Assembly (NCBI GenBank): GCA_965246885.1
Contig: OZ251992.1
Coordinates: forward strand, 32,001-96,000
Reading direction: 5' to 3'
Source of the DNA: Abditibacterium sp.
GTDB lineage: Bacteria > Armatimonadota > Abditibacteriia > Abditibacteriales > Abditibacteriaceae
Length of the DNA stretch: 64,000 bases
Positions 17,917-28,071 of this stretch are shown here, piece after piece (the stretch's first letter is position 1; each line of letters starts with the position of its first letter). Below the pieces are notes generated by a model. The model saw only the letters and a program-made list of their open reading frames with translations. It searched no databases and had not been told where the DNA came from. A program made the translations under genes and the position numbers.

Positions 17917-19779
17917 TTAACTTTGTATGGCACTGAGAAGCCCGAACAGCAGCAGGGTTCCACACACGACGGTGAGCGCGATGCCTATGGCGCGCGCCCA
18001 GACGACAGTGCTCTTGTCGCCGGGATCGTGCGGGCCATAATCGGCGAGGATGCTGTTGGCGCGAATCCACACCATCGGCGCCACGAGGGGGCAGCAGAAA
18101 AGAGACATGAGGGCGTAGGCCATCACTTCGCCGCCCTTGGCGGTGGGCATGCGTTGCGAATACCCGTTGCCCGGCCCGCCGTAGGGAAGCGGGCCTCCGC
18201 CATACGGCGCGGGGATGGGCGGGCCGCCGCCGTAGGGCGAACTGGCCGGGATGGGCGCGGCAGAAGCGCCCGCGTGCACGCTCAGGCCACCGGGCATGTA
18301 GCCGGAGGGCGGCGCGAGGAGCAGGGCTTGCTCGACGTGCTCCGTTAGCCCGCGTTGCTCGCCACTGGAGCGGCCCAAGTCGGTGAGGTTGAACGGCACG
18401 CCCGACTGCGACTTGATGAGAACGAGCGTGCCGCGCGGGTCGGGCGCAACCGTCCCGGTGACGACTTGGCCGTAGGAGCGCAAATCGAGGGGCGTCGAAC
18501 CCACGACGCGGTTGCCCGCGATGTCAATGGAAGGGTTGGTGACGCCAAAGGTAGAAAAGCCGCGCCAAATGGCGCTCAGAGCGATGGGAAGCGGCGCATT
18601 GGTCACGAGTTGCCCATCTCCCACGCGCGAAGCGGAGTAGCCACCGCCCAAATTGAGAGCACCGCCATACGCGGGCGTGGGCGACGGCGCATTGGGCGCC
18701 ATAGGCGGCGCAACGGGAAGCGCGACCGGAACGGGTGGGCCGGGGATGGGCGGCGGGGTGGGGCGCGGCGGGACGGCGGCGGGGCGTTCGAGTTCTTCGA
18801 TGAACTGCGCCATTGATTGGGGCCGCTCGGTCGCCTTGATTTGCATGGCGTGCATCACGGCGCGGCTGACGCCGGGGGAGATAGCGGGGTTGACCGCCTC
18901 AGGAGAGGGCACTTCGACGCCCGACACGCGGTCAGTCGCGGGCGCGGGCATCCTTCCGGTCAGGCAGTGGTAAAGCGTGGCGCCGAGGGCGTAGACATCG
19001 GAGAACGAGCCAAAGCGGGCTTGTTGTCCGTATTGTTCGAGCGGCGCGTAGCCGGGGGTGAGCATCGCGGTTTGGCGGACAGTTTTGCCCGACGCGAAAG
19101 CGCGCGCGGTGCCGAAGTCAATGAGGACGGTGCGCCCGTCATCGGTGACGCAGATGTTGTCGGGCTTGATGTCGCGGTGGATGAGACCCGCCGCATGGAC
19201 GGGTTCGAGCGCGAGCGCGACGGCTTTGATGTGCACGACGGCGGCGCGTTCGGGGATGGAGCCTTTGTCGTCTATTAACTTTTGAAGGGTCTTGCCTTCG
19301 AGGAACTCCATCGCCATATACGCGGTGTTGTTTTCTTCCCACACGCCATAGACGCGCACGATGCCGGGGTGCGAGAAGCGGGCGAGGGTGCGCGCTTCCT
19401 CGATGAACTTGCGTTTGGTGTCTTCATAGGCGGCTTGCGTCATGCCGCCCGTTGGAAGCACCGTTCCGCCGCGCCGTCCGGCGCCAAAAGGGAAGAACTC
19501 CTTGATGGCCACGAAGCGGCGCAGGTTGGTGTCGCCCGCTTTATAGGTGATGCCGAAGCCGCCTTGTCCTAAAACGGGGCCGACGACGTAGCCACCGCCG
19601 CGTAGCGTCGAGTCGCGGGCGAGGGCGAACCCATCGGCGGCCCCGCTCGCCCCATGAGCGGCCCCGCTCGCCGCTCCACCGCCTCCCCCCGAAGGAGGAG
19701 CGGCGAGGGCGGTGCCGCAAGCGGAGCAAACCCGGCTTCCGGGGGGGTTGGCGGTGCCGCAGGTGGGACAGATGAGCAT
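17917..19779 (-). CDS. Ser/Thr protein kinase with N-terminal zinc ribbon and C-terminal DUF4190-like two-TM domain
   Basis: CPTC..CSAC, LGQGGFG, HRDIKPDN, DFG. Pro/Tyr/Gly-rich stretch followed by ALMSLFCCPLVAP..ARAIGI. Confidence 0.9.
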   Translation of the reverse strand: MLICPTCGTANPPGSRVCSACGTALAAPPSGGGGGAASGAAHGASGAADGFALARDSTLRGGGYVVGPVLGQGGFGITYKAGDTNLRRFVAIKEFFPFGAGRRGGTVLPTGGMTQAAYEDTKRKFIEEARTLARFSHPGIVRVYGVWEENNTAYMAMEFLEGKTLQKLIDDKGSIPERAAVVHIKAVALALEPVHAAGLIHRDIKPDNICVTDDGRTVLIDFGTARAFASGKTVRQTAMLTPGYAPLEQYGQQARFGSFSDVYALGATLYHCLTGRMPAPATDRVSGVEVPSPEAVNPAISPGVSRAVMHAMQIKATERPQSMAQFIEELERPAAVPPRPTPPPIPGPPVPVALPVAPPMAPNAPSPTPAYGGALNLGGGYSASRVGDGQLVTNAPLPIALSAIWRGFSTFGVTNPSIDIAGNRVVGSTPLDLRSYGQVVTGTVAPDPRGTLVLIKSQSGVPFNLTDLGRSSGEQRGLTEHVEQALLLAPPSGYMPGGLSVHAGASAAPIPASSPYGGGPPIPAPYGGGPLPYGGPGNGYSQRMPTAKGGEVMAYALMSLFCCPLVAPMVWIRANSILADYGPHDPGDKSTVVWARAIGIALTVVCGTLLLFGLLSAIQS

Positions 19780-19867
19780 TGGCGTGGCTTTCAGTGTCTA
19801 AGATTTGGCGCCGCGCGGGACAGGAAACGCACAAAGACGCGCCGTTGCGTTATATTTCCCCTTGCCC

Positions 19868-20212
19868 ATGAACCCGCAACCGCCCTCCGGCCAACCCCCA
19901 TTCAACGCGCCGCAGTCGCCCTACGGCGCCCCGCAACCGCCGTATGGCGGCCCGCCCGCGCCCATTCCCGGCGCCGACAAAAAACTGCCCGCCGGTTTGT
20001 GCGGCCTCTTGCTCGGCGGCTTCGGCGTCCACAAATTCGTGCTGGGCTATACCAACGAGGGGTTAATCATGCTCGCGGCCAGCCTGTTCACTTGCGGCAT
20101 CGGCTATCCCATCGTCCACATTATCGGCCTCATCGAGGGCATCGTGTATCTGACCAAACCCGACGAGCAGTTCGTGCAAGAATACGTGCAAGGCCGGAAG
20201 CCTTGGTTCTAA
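19868..20212 (+). CDS. TM2-domain membrane protein
   Basis: KKLPAGLCGLLLGGFGVHKFVLGY..IGLIEGIVYLTK; Pro-rich N-terminus. Confidence 0.9.
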   Translation: MNPQPPSGQPPFNAPQSPYGAPQPPYGGPPAPIPGADKKLPAGLCGLLLGGFGVHKFVLGYTNEGLIMLAASLFTCGIGYPIVHIIGLIEGIVYLTKPDEQFVQEYVQGRKPWF

Positions 20213-20216
20213 GCAA

Positions 20217-20249
20217 CAAAAAGCGCCCGCAACGGGAGTTGCGGGCGCT
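20217..20249 (-). terminator. Intrinsic terminator downstream of tRNA-Lys (possibly bidirectional)
   Basis: agcgcccgcaac-ggga-gttgcgggcgct, with an A-run on the left (U-tract on the minus strand). Confidence 0.75.
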
Positions 20250-20263
20250 GGGGGTTTTGGGAT

Positions 20264-20336
<73 letters not shown>

Positions 20337-20438
20337 ATTTGAAGGCGCATTCCAGATGCCTGCGCAATTCGCCCGTTCCATCTTAGCAAGAATCGGTGGG
20401 CGACGGCAACTCCCGATTACCCCAGTCACACTCTCCTC

Positions 20439-20900
20439 ATGCCCCGCGCCCGCCGCTTGTTGCTCCTCATCCCGCTCCTCGTGCTGACGGCGTTCTTTGC
20501 GGCGTGCGGCTGGCGCAACTGGCATTTACAAAAAGACGAGCGCGGCGCGTGGCTCGAAGGCACGGGTTGGGCAATGGCCCAAATGCCGGGGCAGAAGGTC
20601 TGGAACGGCGATTTGGACGTTAGCGGCAAGGACGAACCGGAAATTTATCGCGTGATGGCGCAGAACTATCCGGGGGCAACAGCCCGCTTTGTGTCGGGCA
20701 CTCCCAATTTCGACCTCATCAGCGTCCCCCAGATTTCGGTCGGCGCGCCCAATATCATCAACCAATTCCGCGCCGACAACCAAATCACGTTCTCTTCTCC
20801 CGGCGGCGGCGACAAGTATGTGGACATCGTTTTGACCCGCTCGCCCATCAAGTTCTGGGACAACGGGTGGCACATCACGCGCGCGAGCAACCATCGCTGA
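20439..20900 (+). CDS. Hypothetical membrane-anchored or exported protein
   Basis: N-terminal hydrophobic helix; fills the gap between tRNA and purA with typical codon usage. Confidence 0.7.
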   Translation: MPRARRLLLLIPLLVLTAFFAACGWRNWHLQKDERGAWLEGTGWAMAQMPGQKVWNGDLDVSGKDEPEIYRVMAQNYPGATARFVSGTPNFDLISVPQISVGAPNIINQFRADNQITFSSPGGGDKYVDIVLTRSPIKFWDNGWHITRASNHR

Positions 20901-22274
<1,374 letters not shown>

Positions 22275-22292
22275 GGGCGAGGCGCCTTCTCT

Positions 22293-22886
22293 ATGGACTC
22301 GCACGAGCAAGAAATCGCCGCCTTGGGGCGCCGCTACGCCGAGCAACCGACGGGGAGCGTCGTCTTCTACGGCTCCAGTTCCATCCGCTTGTGGCCGGGG
22401 TTAGGGCGCGAGTTTCCCGGCGTAGTCATCGAAAACTGGGGCTTTGGCGGCTCGACGCTGCGCGAGTGCGCCCACTACTTCGCGCGCGCCATTGTTCCGC
22501 GCCGACCGCGCGGCTTCGTGTTCTTCGCGGGCGAGAACGACCTCGCACTCGGTAGCGCCCCCGACGCGGTGTGGGAAACGCTCTGCGACTTGCTTGACGC
22601 GCGCGACGTTCTGTTGCCGGGCACGCCCTTCGCGTTTGGCGCGCTTAAGCCCTCCCCCGCCCGCGCCGCTTTGTGCGCCGCAATCGAGCAGACCAACGAC
22701 TGGTGCGCGAGGGAACTCGCCGCCCGTCCCGCGTGCGAATGGCTCGACTTCTTCACTCCCATGCTCGACGCCGCGACTGGATGGGGCCGCCCCGATTTAT
22801 TTATGGCCGACCAAATGCACCTGTCGCGCGCGGGTTACGAGGTGTGGAATGGGGTACTGCGGAGGGAATTGAGTTGGCTCGGCTGA
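22293..22886 (+). CDS. GDSL/SGNH hydrolase
   Basis: FYGSSSIRLW, GFGGS, AGENDL, DQMHL. Confidence 0.88.
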   Translation: MDSHEQEIAALGRRYAEQPTGSVVFYGSSSIRLWPGLGREFPGVVIENWGFGGSTLRECAHYFARAIVPRRPRGFVFFAGENDLALGSAPDAVWETLCDLLDARDVLLPGTPFAFGALKPSPARAALCAAIEQTNDWCARELAARPACEWLDFFTPMLDAATGWGRPDLFMADQMHLSRAGYEVWNGVLRRELSWLG

Positions 22887-22910
22887 GCAGAGCGTTTGAC
22901 GCACGAGCGT

Positions 22911-23417
22911 CTACAGCCCGCGCAATACGCCCTGCAACTGCCGCCCATGATAGGCGTTGTGGACTTCGCTGAGGCGCAGCATCTCCGCGCCGCTCAGGGC
23001 GCCGATGACCGGGTGGAAGAAGGAGCGCTCTTCGTTGGGCGTTTCGAGGGAAGCACGCATCCCCGCCCGCGCCGCTTCCCAACGGGCGCGCAGTTCGGGC
23101 CAAGGCGTTGCGCCGCGCGGCTCGAACTGCGCGCCGGGAAGCGGGAGCGTGATGTCGCGGCGTAGCGCCCACGAAATGAGCGCGAAGACGGCGCGGCGGT
23201 GGCGGGGAAGCTTGCCGCCTTTGGCTTGCGAAGTTGCCCACTCGCCGGAGCCGACGGTTTCGTCGCCGATCACCAGATGCTCGGCGATTTGGAGCGGCGA
23301 CCAGTCGGAGAGCTTGGCTTTGCCCATGCGAGCCGCGTCGTCTAAGGCGTCGAGCGCGGCCACTATCTCGCGGCGCTGGGCTTCGATGGCGTCAAAAGAG
23401 GAAGGAAAAGAAGGCAT
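22911..23417 (-). CDS. DinB-family protein
   Basis: WSPLQIAEHL, HPVIG, HNAYHGRQ. Confidence 0.85.
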   Translation of the reverse strand: MPSFPSSFDAIEAQRREIVAALDALDDAARMGKAKLSDWSPLQIAEHLVIGDETVGSGEWATSQAKGGKLPRHRRAVFALISWALRRDITLPLPGAQFEPRGATPWPELRARWEAARAGMRASLETPNEERSFFHPVIGALSGAEMLRLSEVHNAYHGRQLQGVLRGL

Positions 23418-23432
23418 TGTCGAGGGGGCAAT

Positions 23433-24332
23433 TCACGCCTTGAAAAATTTGCGGCGCAGTTGGCGCAGTGTCAGGCGCGGCGCGTGTTGCAAAGCGTAGC
23501 GGAAATGGACGCGAGACTCAGCGGCCCGTCCCTCTTTTCGCGCGCTCAAGAACCGCTCCCACGCTTGGCCACCGTAGTTGACCTCGATAGCAGCCAAACC
23601 CTGCGACGCGGCGCGGATGGCGGGTTCGTCCCCTTCAACAAAGGCGAGCGCCAGATGTTGCTCCAAGATATGACGAGAAGCGCGGTGCAATACGGCGTAA
23701 CGGCGCGAAACGCCGCCCGCGTGAACGCGGTAGCTCGCCAAGGATTCGGGGCACGCGCCAAACGGCGATTCGTGGTAGGAATCGCGGGCCATTTTCAGCC
23801 ACAAATCGTAGTCTTGGCTCGCCTTGAGAAGAGAGTTGAAGTTGCCTACCCGCAGGCATGCTGCGCGCCGTGCCATCACCGTAGACGCGCAAATGCCACA
23901 GCCCGTCAGTAGCTCGATGTAAGTCGTCATCCTTCCGCCATAGCCTGCGCGGAAAACTTCGCCCTGCTCGTTTATCATGTCGAAATCCGTGTGACAAAAA
24001 GGCACGTGAGGATTGGCCTCAAGGGCTTGCAGTTGCTTTGCGAGCTTTTCCGGCTTCCACAAATCGTCATCATCCAAAAAAGCGAAGATTTCTCCGTGCG
24101 CATGCGCCATCGCCACATTGCGCGCGATGGCGTGCCCGCTGTTGCGTTGGCGGAACACGCGGACGCGCGGGTCACGGGCGAAAATCGGCGTGACGTCGGT
24201 GTGCGAGCCGTCGTCCACCACGACCCACTCCCAGTCGGCGTACGTTTGCGCCAAAACGGACGCGACGGTATCTCCGGCAAAGGGTTTGGGATTGAAGGTC
24301 GGCGTGATAATCGAGACCAGAGGCGTGTTCAT
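23433..24332 (-). CDS. Glycosyltransferase family 2
   Basis: VSIITPTFN, VVDDGS, AFLDDDDLW, QDYDLWLK. Confidence 0.92.
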   Translation of the reverse strand: MNTPLVSIITPTFNPKPFAGDTVASVLAQTYADWEWVVVDDGSHTDVTPIFARDPRVRVFRQRNSGHAIARNVAMAHAHGEIFAFLDDDDLWKPEKLAKQLQALEANPHVPFCHTDFDMINEQGEVFRAGYGGRMTTYIELLTGCGICASTVMARRAACLRVGNFNSLLKASQDYDLWLKMARDSYHESPFGACPESLASYRVHAGGVSRRYAVLHRASRHILEQHLALAFVEGDEPAIRAASQGLAAIEVNYGGQAWERFLSARKEGRAAESRVHFRYALQHAPRLTLRQLRRKFFKA

Positions 24333-24338
24333 AGCGGT

Positions 24339-25466
24339 TTACGGACGCATCCACAACCGCAATACGCGCTCGCTCGCGGTTTCGACTAAGGCGGCGCCCT
24401 CCGCTAAGCACGAAGCCAACGCGCGCGGGCCGTCTACAATCGAAAAGGCGCTGCGCAGCCCCAAAGCGTCCAACTGCCCACCCGAAAGGGCGACCCGTCC
24501 GCCTAAAGCGACGACGGGCACCCCGGCGTCTGTCGCAACGCGACAGACGCCAGAGATGGTCTTGCCGTTCAGGGTTTGCGCGTCGAGCGAGCCTTCCCCT
24601 GTCAGAATGAGATCGGCGCCCGCGATGCGCTCCCCGAAGCCCGTCGCTTCGAGCACGGCGTCTATCCCCGAACGAAGCGTCGCGCCGCCAAACGCCATCA
24701 GGCCGAACCCCGCGCCGCCCGCCGCGCCCGCGCCCGGTTCGAGGGAGAAATCCCGCCCGAATTGTGCCGCCGTTACTTCAGCCAAGCGCGCCAAACCCGC
24801 GTCGAGTTGAGCCACTTGCGCGGGTGTGGCGCCCTTCTGGGGGCCGAAAACCGCCGCCGCGCCGTTGTCGCCGCACAGGGGGTTGGTGACATCGCACAGC
24901 GCGGTAAAGCGGCAATTGGGAAAGCGCCAGTCGAGAAACTTCATCTCAATGCGCGCCAGCCTTGCCAACTCACCGCCGCCCGGTGGCAAAACGCAGTCGC
25001 GCTCATCGTAGAAGCGCACGCCCAGCGCCGACATCAAGCCCGTCGCCCCGTCCGTCGTCGCGCTGCCGCCCAAGCCGACCAAAAACCGCCGCGCCCCGAC
25101 GTTAATGGCCGCGCTAATCAGTTGCCCCACCCCGTAGGTCGAAGCGCGCCCGGCATCGCGCTGGTCGGGCGGCGAAAGGTTCAGCCCCGCCGCGCTCGCC
25201 AGTTCAATCACCGCCGTTCCATCGGGCAAGATGCCCCAATCGGCGTCTATTTCCTCGTCGAGCGGCCCGCGCACCCGCGCCGTTTTGCGCTTGCCGCCCG
25301 CGCCAAGAAGCAGGGCATCCAGCGTCCCCTCGCCGCCATCGGCAAGGGGAATTTCGACCACTTCGGCGTCCGGCACCGCCCGCCCGACGCCGCGTTTCAT
25401 CGCCGCGCAAACCTCCAAGGCCGTCAAAGAGCCTTTGAAACTGTCGGGCGCGAGGATGATTTTCAC
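24339..25466 (-). CDS. glxK: Glycerate kinase (GlxK/GarK family)
   Basis: APDSFKGSL, ADGGEGT, GLGGSATTDG, GAGAAGG, TGEG; GTG start. Confidence 0.92.
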   Translation of the reverse strand: MKIILAPDSFKGSLTALEVCAAMKRGVGRAVPDAEVVEIPLADGGEGTLDALLLGAGGKRKTARVRGPLDEEIDADWGILPDGTAVIELASAAGLNLSPPDQRDAGRASTYGVGQLISAAINVGARRFLVGLGGSATTDGATGLMSALGVRFYDERDCVLPPGGGELARLARIEMKFLDWRFPNCRFTALCDVTNPLCGDNGAAAVFGPQKGATPAQVAQLDAGLARLAEVTAAQFGRDFSLEPGAGAAGGAGFGLMAFGGATLRSGIDAVLEATGFGERIAGADLILTGEGSLDAQTLNGKTISGVCRVATDAGVPVVALGGRVALSGGQLDALGLRSAFSIVDGPRALASCLAEGAALVETASERVLRLWMRP

Positions 25467-25472
25467 GAGATT

Positions 25473-26531
25473 TTACAGCCGCACTTCGGCGCCCGTGCGG
25501 GCCGATTCGTAGATGGCGTCAAGGATGCGTTGCAAGTTCAGCGATTCTTCTGGCTTAATGTAAGCCTCCGTCTCGCCTTGCAGAACGTCTATAAAGTGCG
25601 CCATGCGGTTGGGGTCTACCGTCGTGGGGAGCAAGGGCGCCTCCTCAGTGACTTGGCCGGTTCCGGAAGCGTCGGCGTGCGTCCACTTCATGGAGGGCAC
25701 AATCAGCCCGCCTTCGCTGCCGAAGACCTGCGTGTAATCGGCGCCGTGTTCAAAGTAGGCGGCCCACGACGCTTCGAGGAGCACCGTCCGTCCGCTTTTG
25801 AGTTTGATGAGCGCAATGGCCAAATCGTCCACGTCAAAGGGCTTGGCGGGATCAATTTCGCCCTTGCCCCAGTTGCCATCACCGATACCGCGCGGGCCAA
25901 ATTGGGCGTAGGTTTGGCCCGAAACAGACGCCGCCTCGAACTCGCCCATCAGGAACAAGCACCTGTCCAGCGCGTGCACGCCGATGTCGTAAATGGAGCC
26001 GCCGCCCGCGAACTTGGTTTGGGTAAACCACGAGCCGATGCGCGGAATGCCACTGGGCCGCATCATGGCGGTCTTGGCGTGGTAAAGTTCTCCCAAATCG
26101 CCGCGCTCAATCATCTGCTTGGCGGTCTGGACTTGCGGCACCATGCGCAAATTCTGCCCGACCATGAGCAACACGCCCCGCTTTTTGGCTTCCTCGACCA
26201 ACTTGGCGGCGTCGGTTGCGTTGGTCGCCATCGGCTTGTCTATCATCACGTTCTTGCCCGCTTGCAGAGCCTCCAACCCGACGGGAGCGTGCAAGTAATT
26301 GGGCAAGGCGATCGAGACAACGTGAATATCGTCGCGCGCGAGGAGTTGTTTGTAGTCGGTAACGAGTTCGGCGATGCCGAACTTATCGGCGGCCTCGCGC
26401 CCACGTTCAGGGGAAACTTCGGCAAGCGCGACAACCCGCGCGTCAGGGTGCTTTTGGAACGACTCGATGTGGTTAAGGCCAATGGCCCCCGCGCCAATGA
26501 CGGCGACATTGTATGTTTGAGAAGCTGACAT
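25473..26531 (-). CDS. Gfo/Idh/MocA-family oxidoreductase
   Basis: IGAGAIG, DKPMA, GGGSIYDIGVH. Confidence 0.92.
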   Translation of the reverse strand: MSASQTYNVAVIGAGAIGLNHIESFQKHPDARVVALAEVSPERGREAADKFGIAELVTDYKQLLARDDIHVVSIALPNYLHAPVGLEALQAGKNVMIDKPMATNATDAAKLVEEAKKRGVLLMVGQNLRMVPQVQTAKQMIERGDLGELYHAKTAMMRPSGIPRIGSWFTQTKFAGGGSIYDIGVHALDRCLFLMGEFEAASVSGQTYAQFGPRGIGDGNWGKGEIDPAKPFDVDDLAIALIKLKSGRTVLLEASWAAYFEHGADYTQVFGSEGGLIVPSMKWTHADASGTGQVTEEAPLLPTTVDPNRMAHFIDVLQGETEAYIKPEESLNLQRILDAIYESARTGAEVRL

Positions 26532-26576
26532 GAAGCCCGCAGTTTAAACAGGCGACGACGGGGGCCATTGATTAGA

Positions 26577-27794
26577 CTACGAAGCGAGTCTAATCATGCG
26601 GTCTAAGGCCAGTTTCGCTTCGCCCGCGATGGGTTCGGGGACGATGATTTGGTTGACGACGCGGCCCTCCAGAAGGTTGTCCATTACCCACAGGAGGTGC
26701 GGGCCGTCCACGCGGTACATGGTGGAGCACACGCACACATTGGGGTTGAGGGAAAGCACGGTGCGGTCGGGGTATTCGAGCGCGAGGCGGGACACGAGGT
26801 TGATTTCCGTGCCGACGGCGAAGACATCGCCGGGCTGGCCGTCGGCAATGATGCGCCGAATCTTCTCGGTGCTGCCGTAGCTGTCAGATGCGACGACGAC
26901 ATCGTGAGTACATTCGGGATGCACGACAACATGCACGCCGGGGTGCTGACGGCGGATATTGCGAACGTGAATGGGCAAAAACGTCCCGTGAACCGAGCAA
27001 TGACCCCGCCACAGCAGCATCGGCGCCGCGCGCAGTTGTTCGGGCGTGTTGCCGCCGTAGTTCTCGTTGGGATCCCACACCAAGCAGTCTTCGAGCGCGT
27101 AGCCCATTTCCAACACAGCCGTATTGCGGCCCAAGTGCTGGTCGGGGAAAAAGAGCAGCTTGTCCGCTCCGGCGCCGCCTTCGGCAACGGGTTTGAGCGC
27201 CCATGCCATAATTTTCTTGGCGTTGGAACTGGTGCAGACGGCGCCGCCGTTGCGCCCCACGAAAGCCTTGAGGTTCGCCGCCGAGTTCATGTAGGTGATG
27301 GGGATAATGGTCTGTCCCGCGCAGGCATCGGCGAGGGCGTCCCACGCTTCTTCGACTTGGTCTATGTCGGCCATGTCCGCCATCGAGCAACCGGCATGGA
27401 GGTCGGGCAAAATCACCTTCTGGTGCGGCGCGCTGAGGATGTCGGCGCTTTCGGCCATGAAGTGCACGCCGCAAAAGATGAGAAACTCCGCGTCAGGCCG
27501 CGCCGCCGCGTCCTTACACAGCTTGAAACTGTCGCCGCGAAAGTCGGCCCAGCGAATCACTTCCTCTCGCTGGTAATGGTGGCCCAAGATAACCAAACGA
27601 GCGCCCAGTTTGGCTTTGGCTTCGGCAATGCGCACCGCGATTTCTTCGGCGCTCAGGCGCAGATATTTTTCGGGGAGCGGCACTTGTAGCTGCGCGCCGC
27701 GCTCCATCGTGATGGGGCCGGAAAAACCCTCGCCACCGGGGTGTTGCCGTTGGAACGCCGTCGCTAATTCGCCTTGAAGTTGAAGTGTCGCCAT
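26577..27794 (-). CDS. nadA: Quinolinate synthase
   Basis: LGHHYQ, FCGVHFMAE, AGCSMA, YMNS, CSVH, HPEC, CSTM. Confidence 0.96.
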   Translation of the reverse strand: MATLQLQGELATAFQRQHPGGEGFSGPITMERGAQLQVPLPEKYLRLSAEEIAVRIAEAKAKLGARLVILGHHYQREEVIRWADFRGDSFKLCKDAAARPDAEFLIFCGVHFMAESADILSAPHQKVILPDLHAGCSMADMADIDQVEEAWDALADACAGQTIIPITYMNSAANLKAFVGRNGGAVCTSSNAKKIMAWALKPVAEGGAGADKLLFFPDQHLGRNTAVLEMGYALEDCLVWDPNENYGGNTPEQLRAAPMLLWRGHCSVHGTFLPIHVRNIRRQHPGVHVVVHPECTHDVVVASDSYGSTEKIRRIIADGQPGDVFAVGTEINLVSRLALEYPDRTVLSLNPNVCVCSTMYRVDGPHLLWVMDNLLEGRVVNQIIVPEPIAGEAKLALDRMIRLAS

Positions 27795-27901
27795 GATGGT
27801 TTTGCTCGCGCGCAGGATTGTGCATTATTTCACAACCTCTGTGATTGCATGGACGCCCAACTTCGGCGAGTGTTGCAAGAGATTTTCCGAGCCGCCGGCC
27901 T

Positions 27902-27993
27902 GCGCCACTGAGTCACGCATATGCGCCACTGAGTCACACGTATGCGCCACTGAATCACACGTACGCGCCGCCGAGTCACACGTACGCGCCACT
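27902..27993. repeat. Intergenic 21-bp tandem array, 4+ units, consensus GCGCCACTGAGTCACACGTAY
   Basis: Units at 27902, 27923, 27944, 27965 and a partial unit at 27986, between divergent nadA and a glycoside hydrolase. Confidence 0.9.
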
Positions 27994-28071
27994 TGGCGGC
28001 GCACGGCGGCGAATGTGGTGCGCAAGGCAAACTTCCGGCGCGCGGCGGCGTCCAAGGCTTCTCCGGCTTCT

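Noticed and set aside
27793..28071. ORF-track N-terminal extensions through repeat arrays (also 11331-11609 and 45660-45809)
   Set aside because: The heptad peptides are translated 21-bp repeats; the signal peptide or family domain begins at the downstream ATG.
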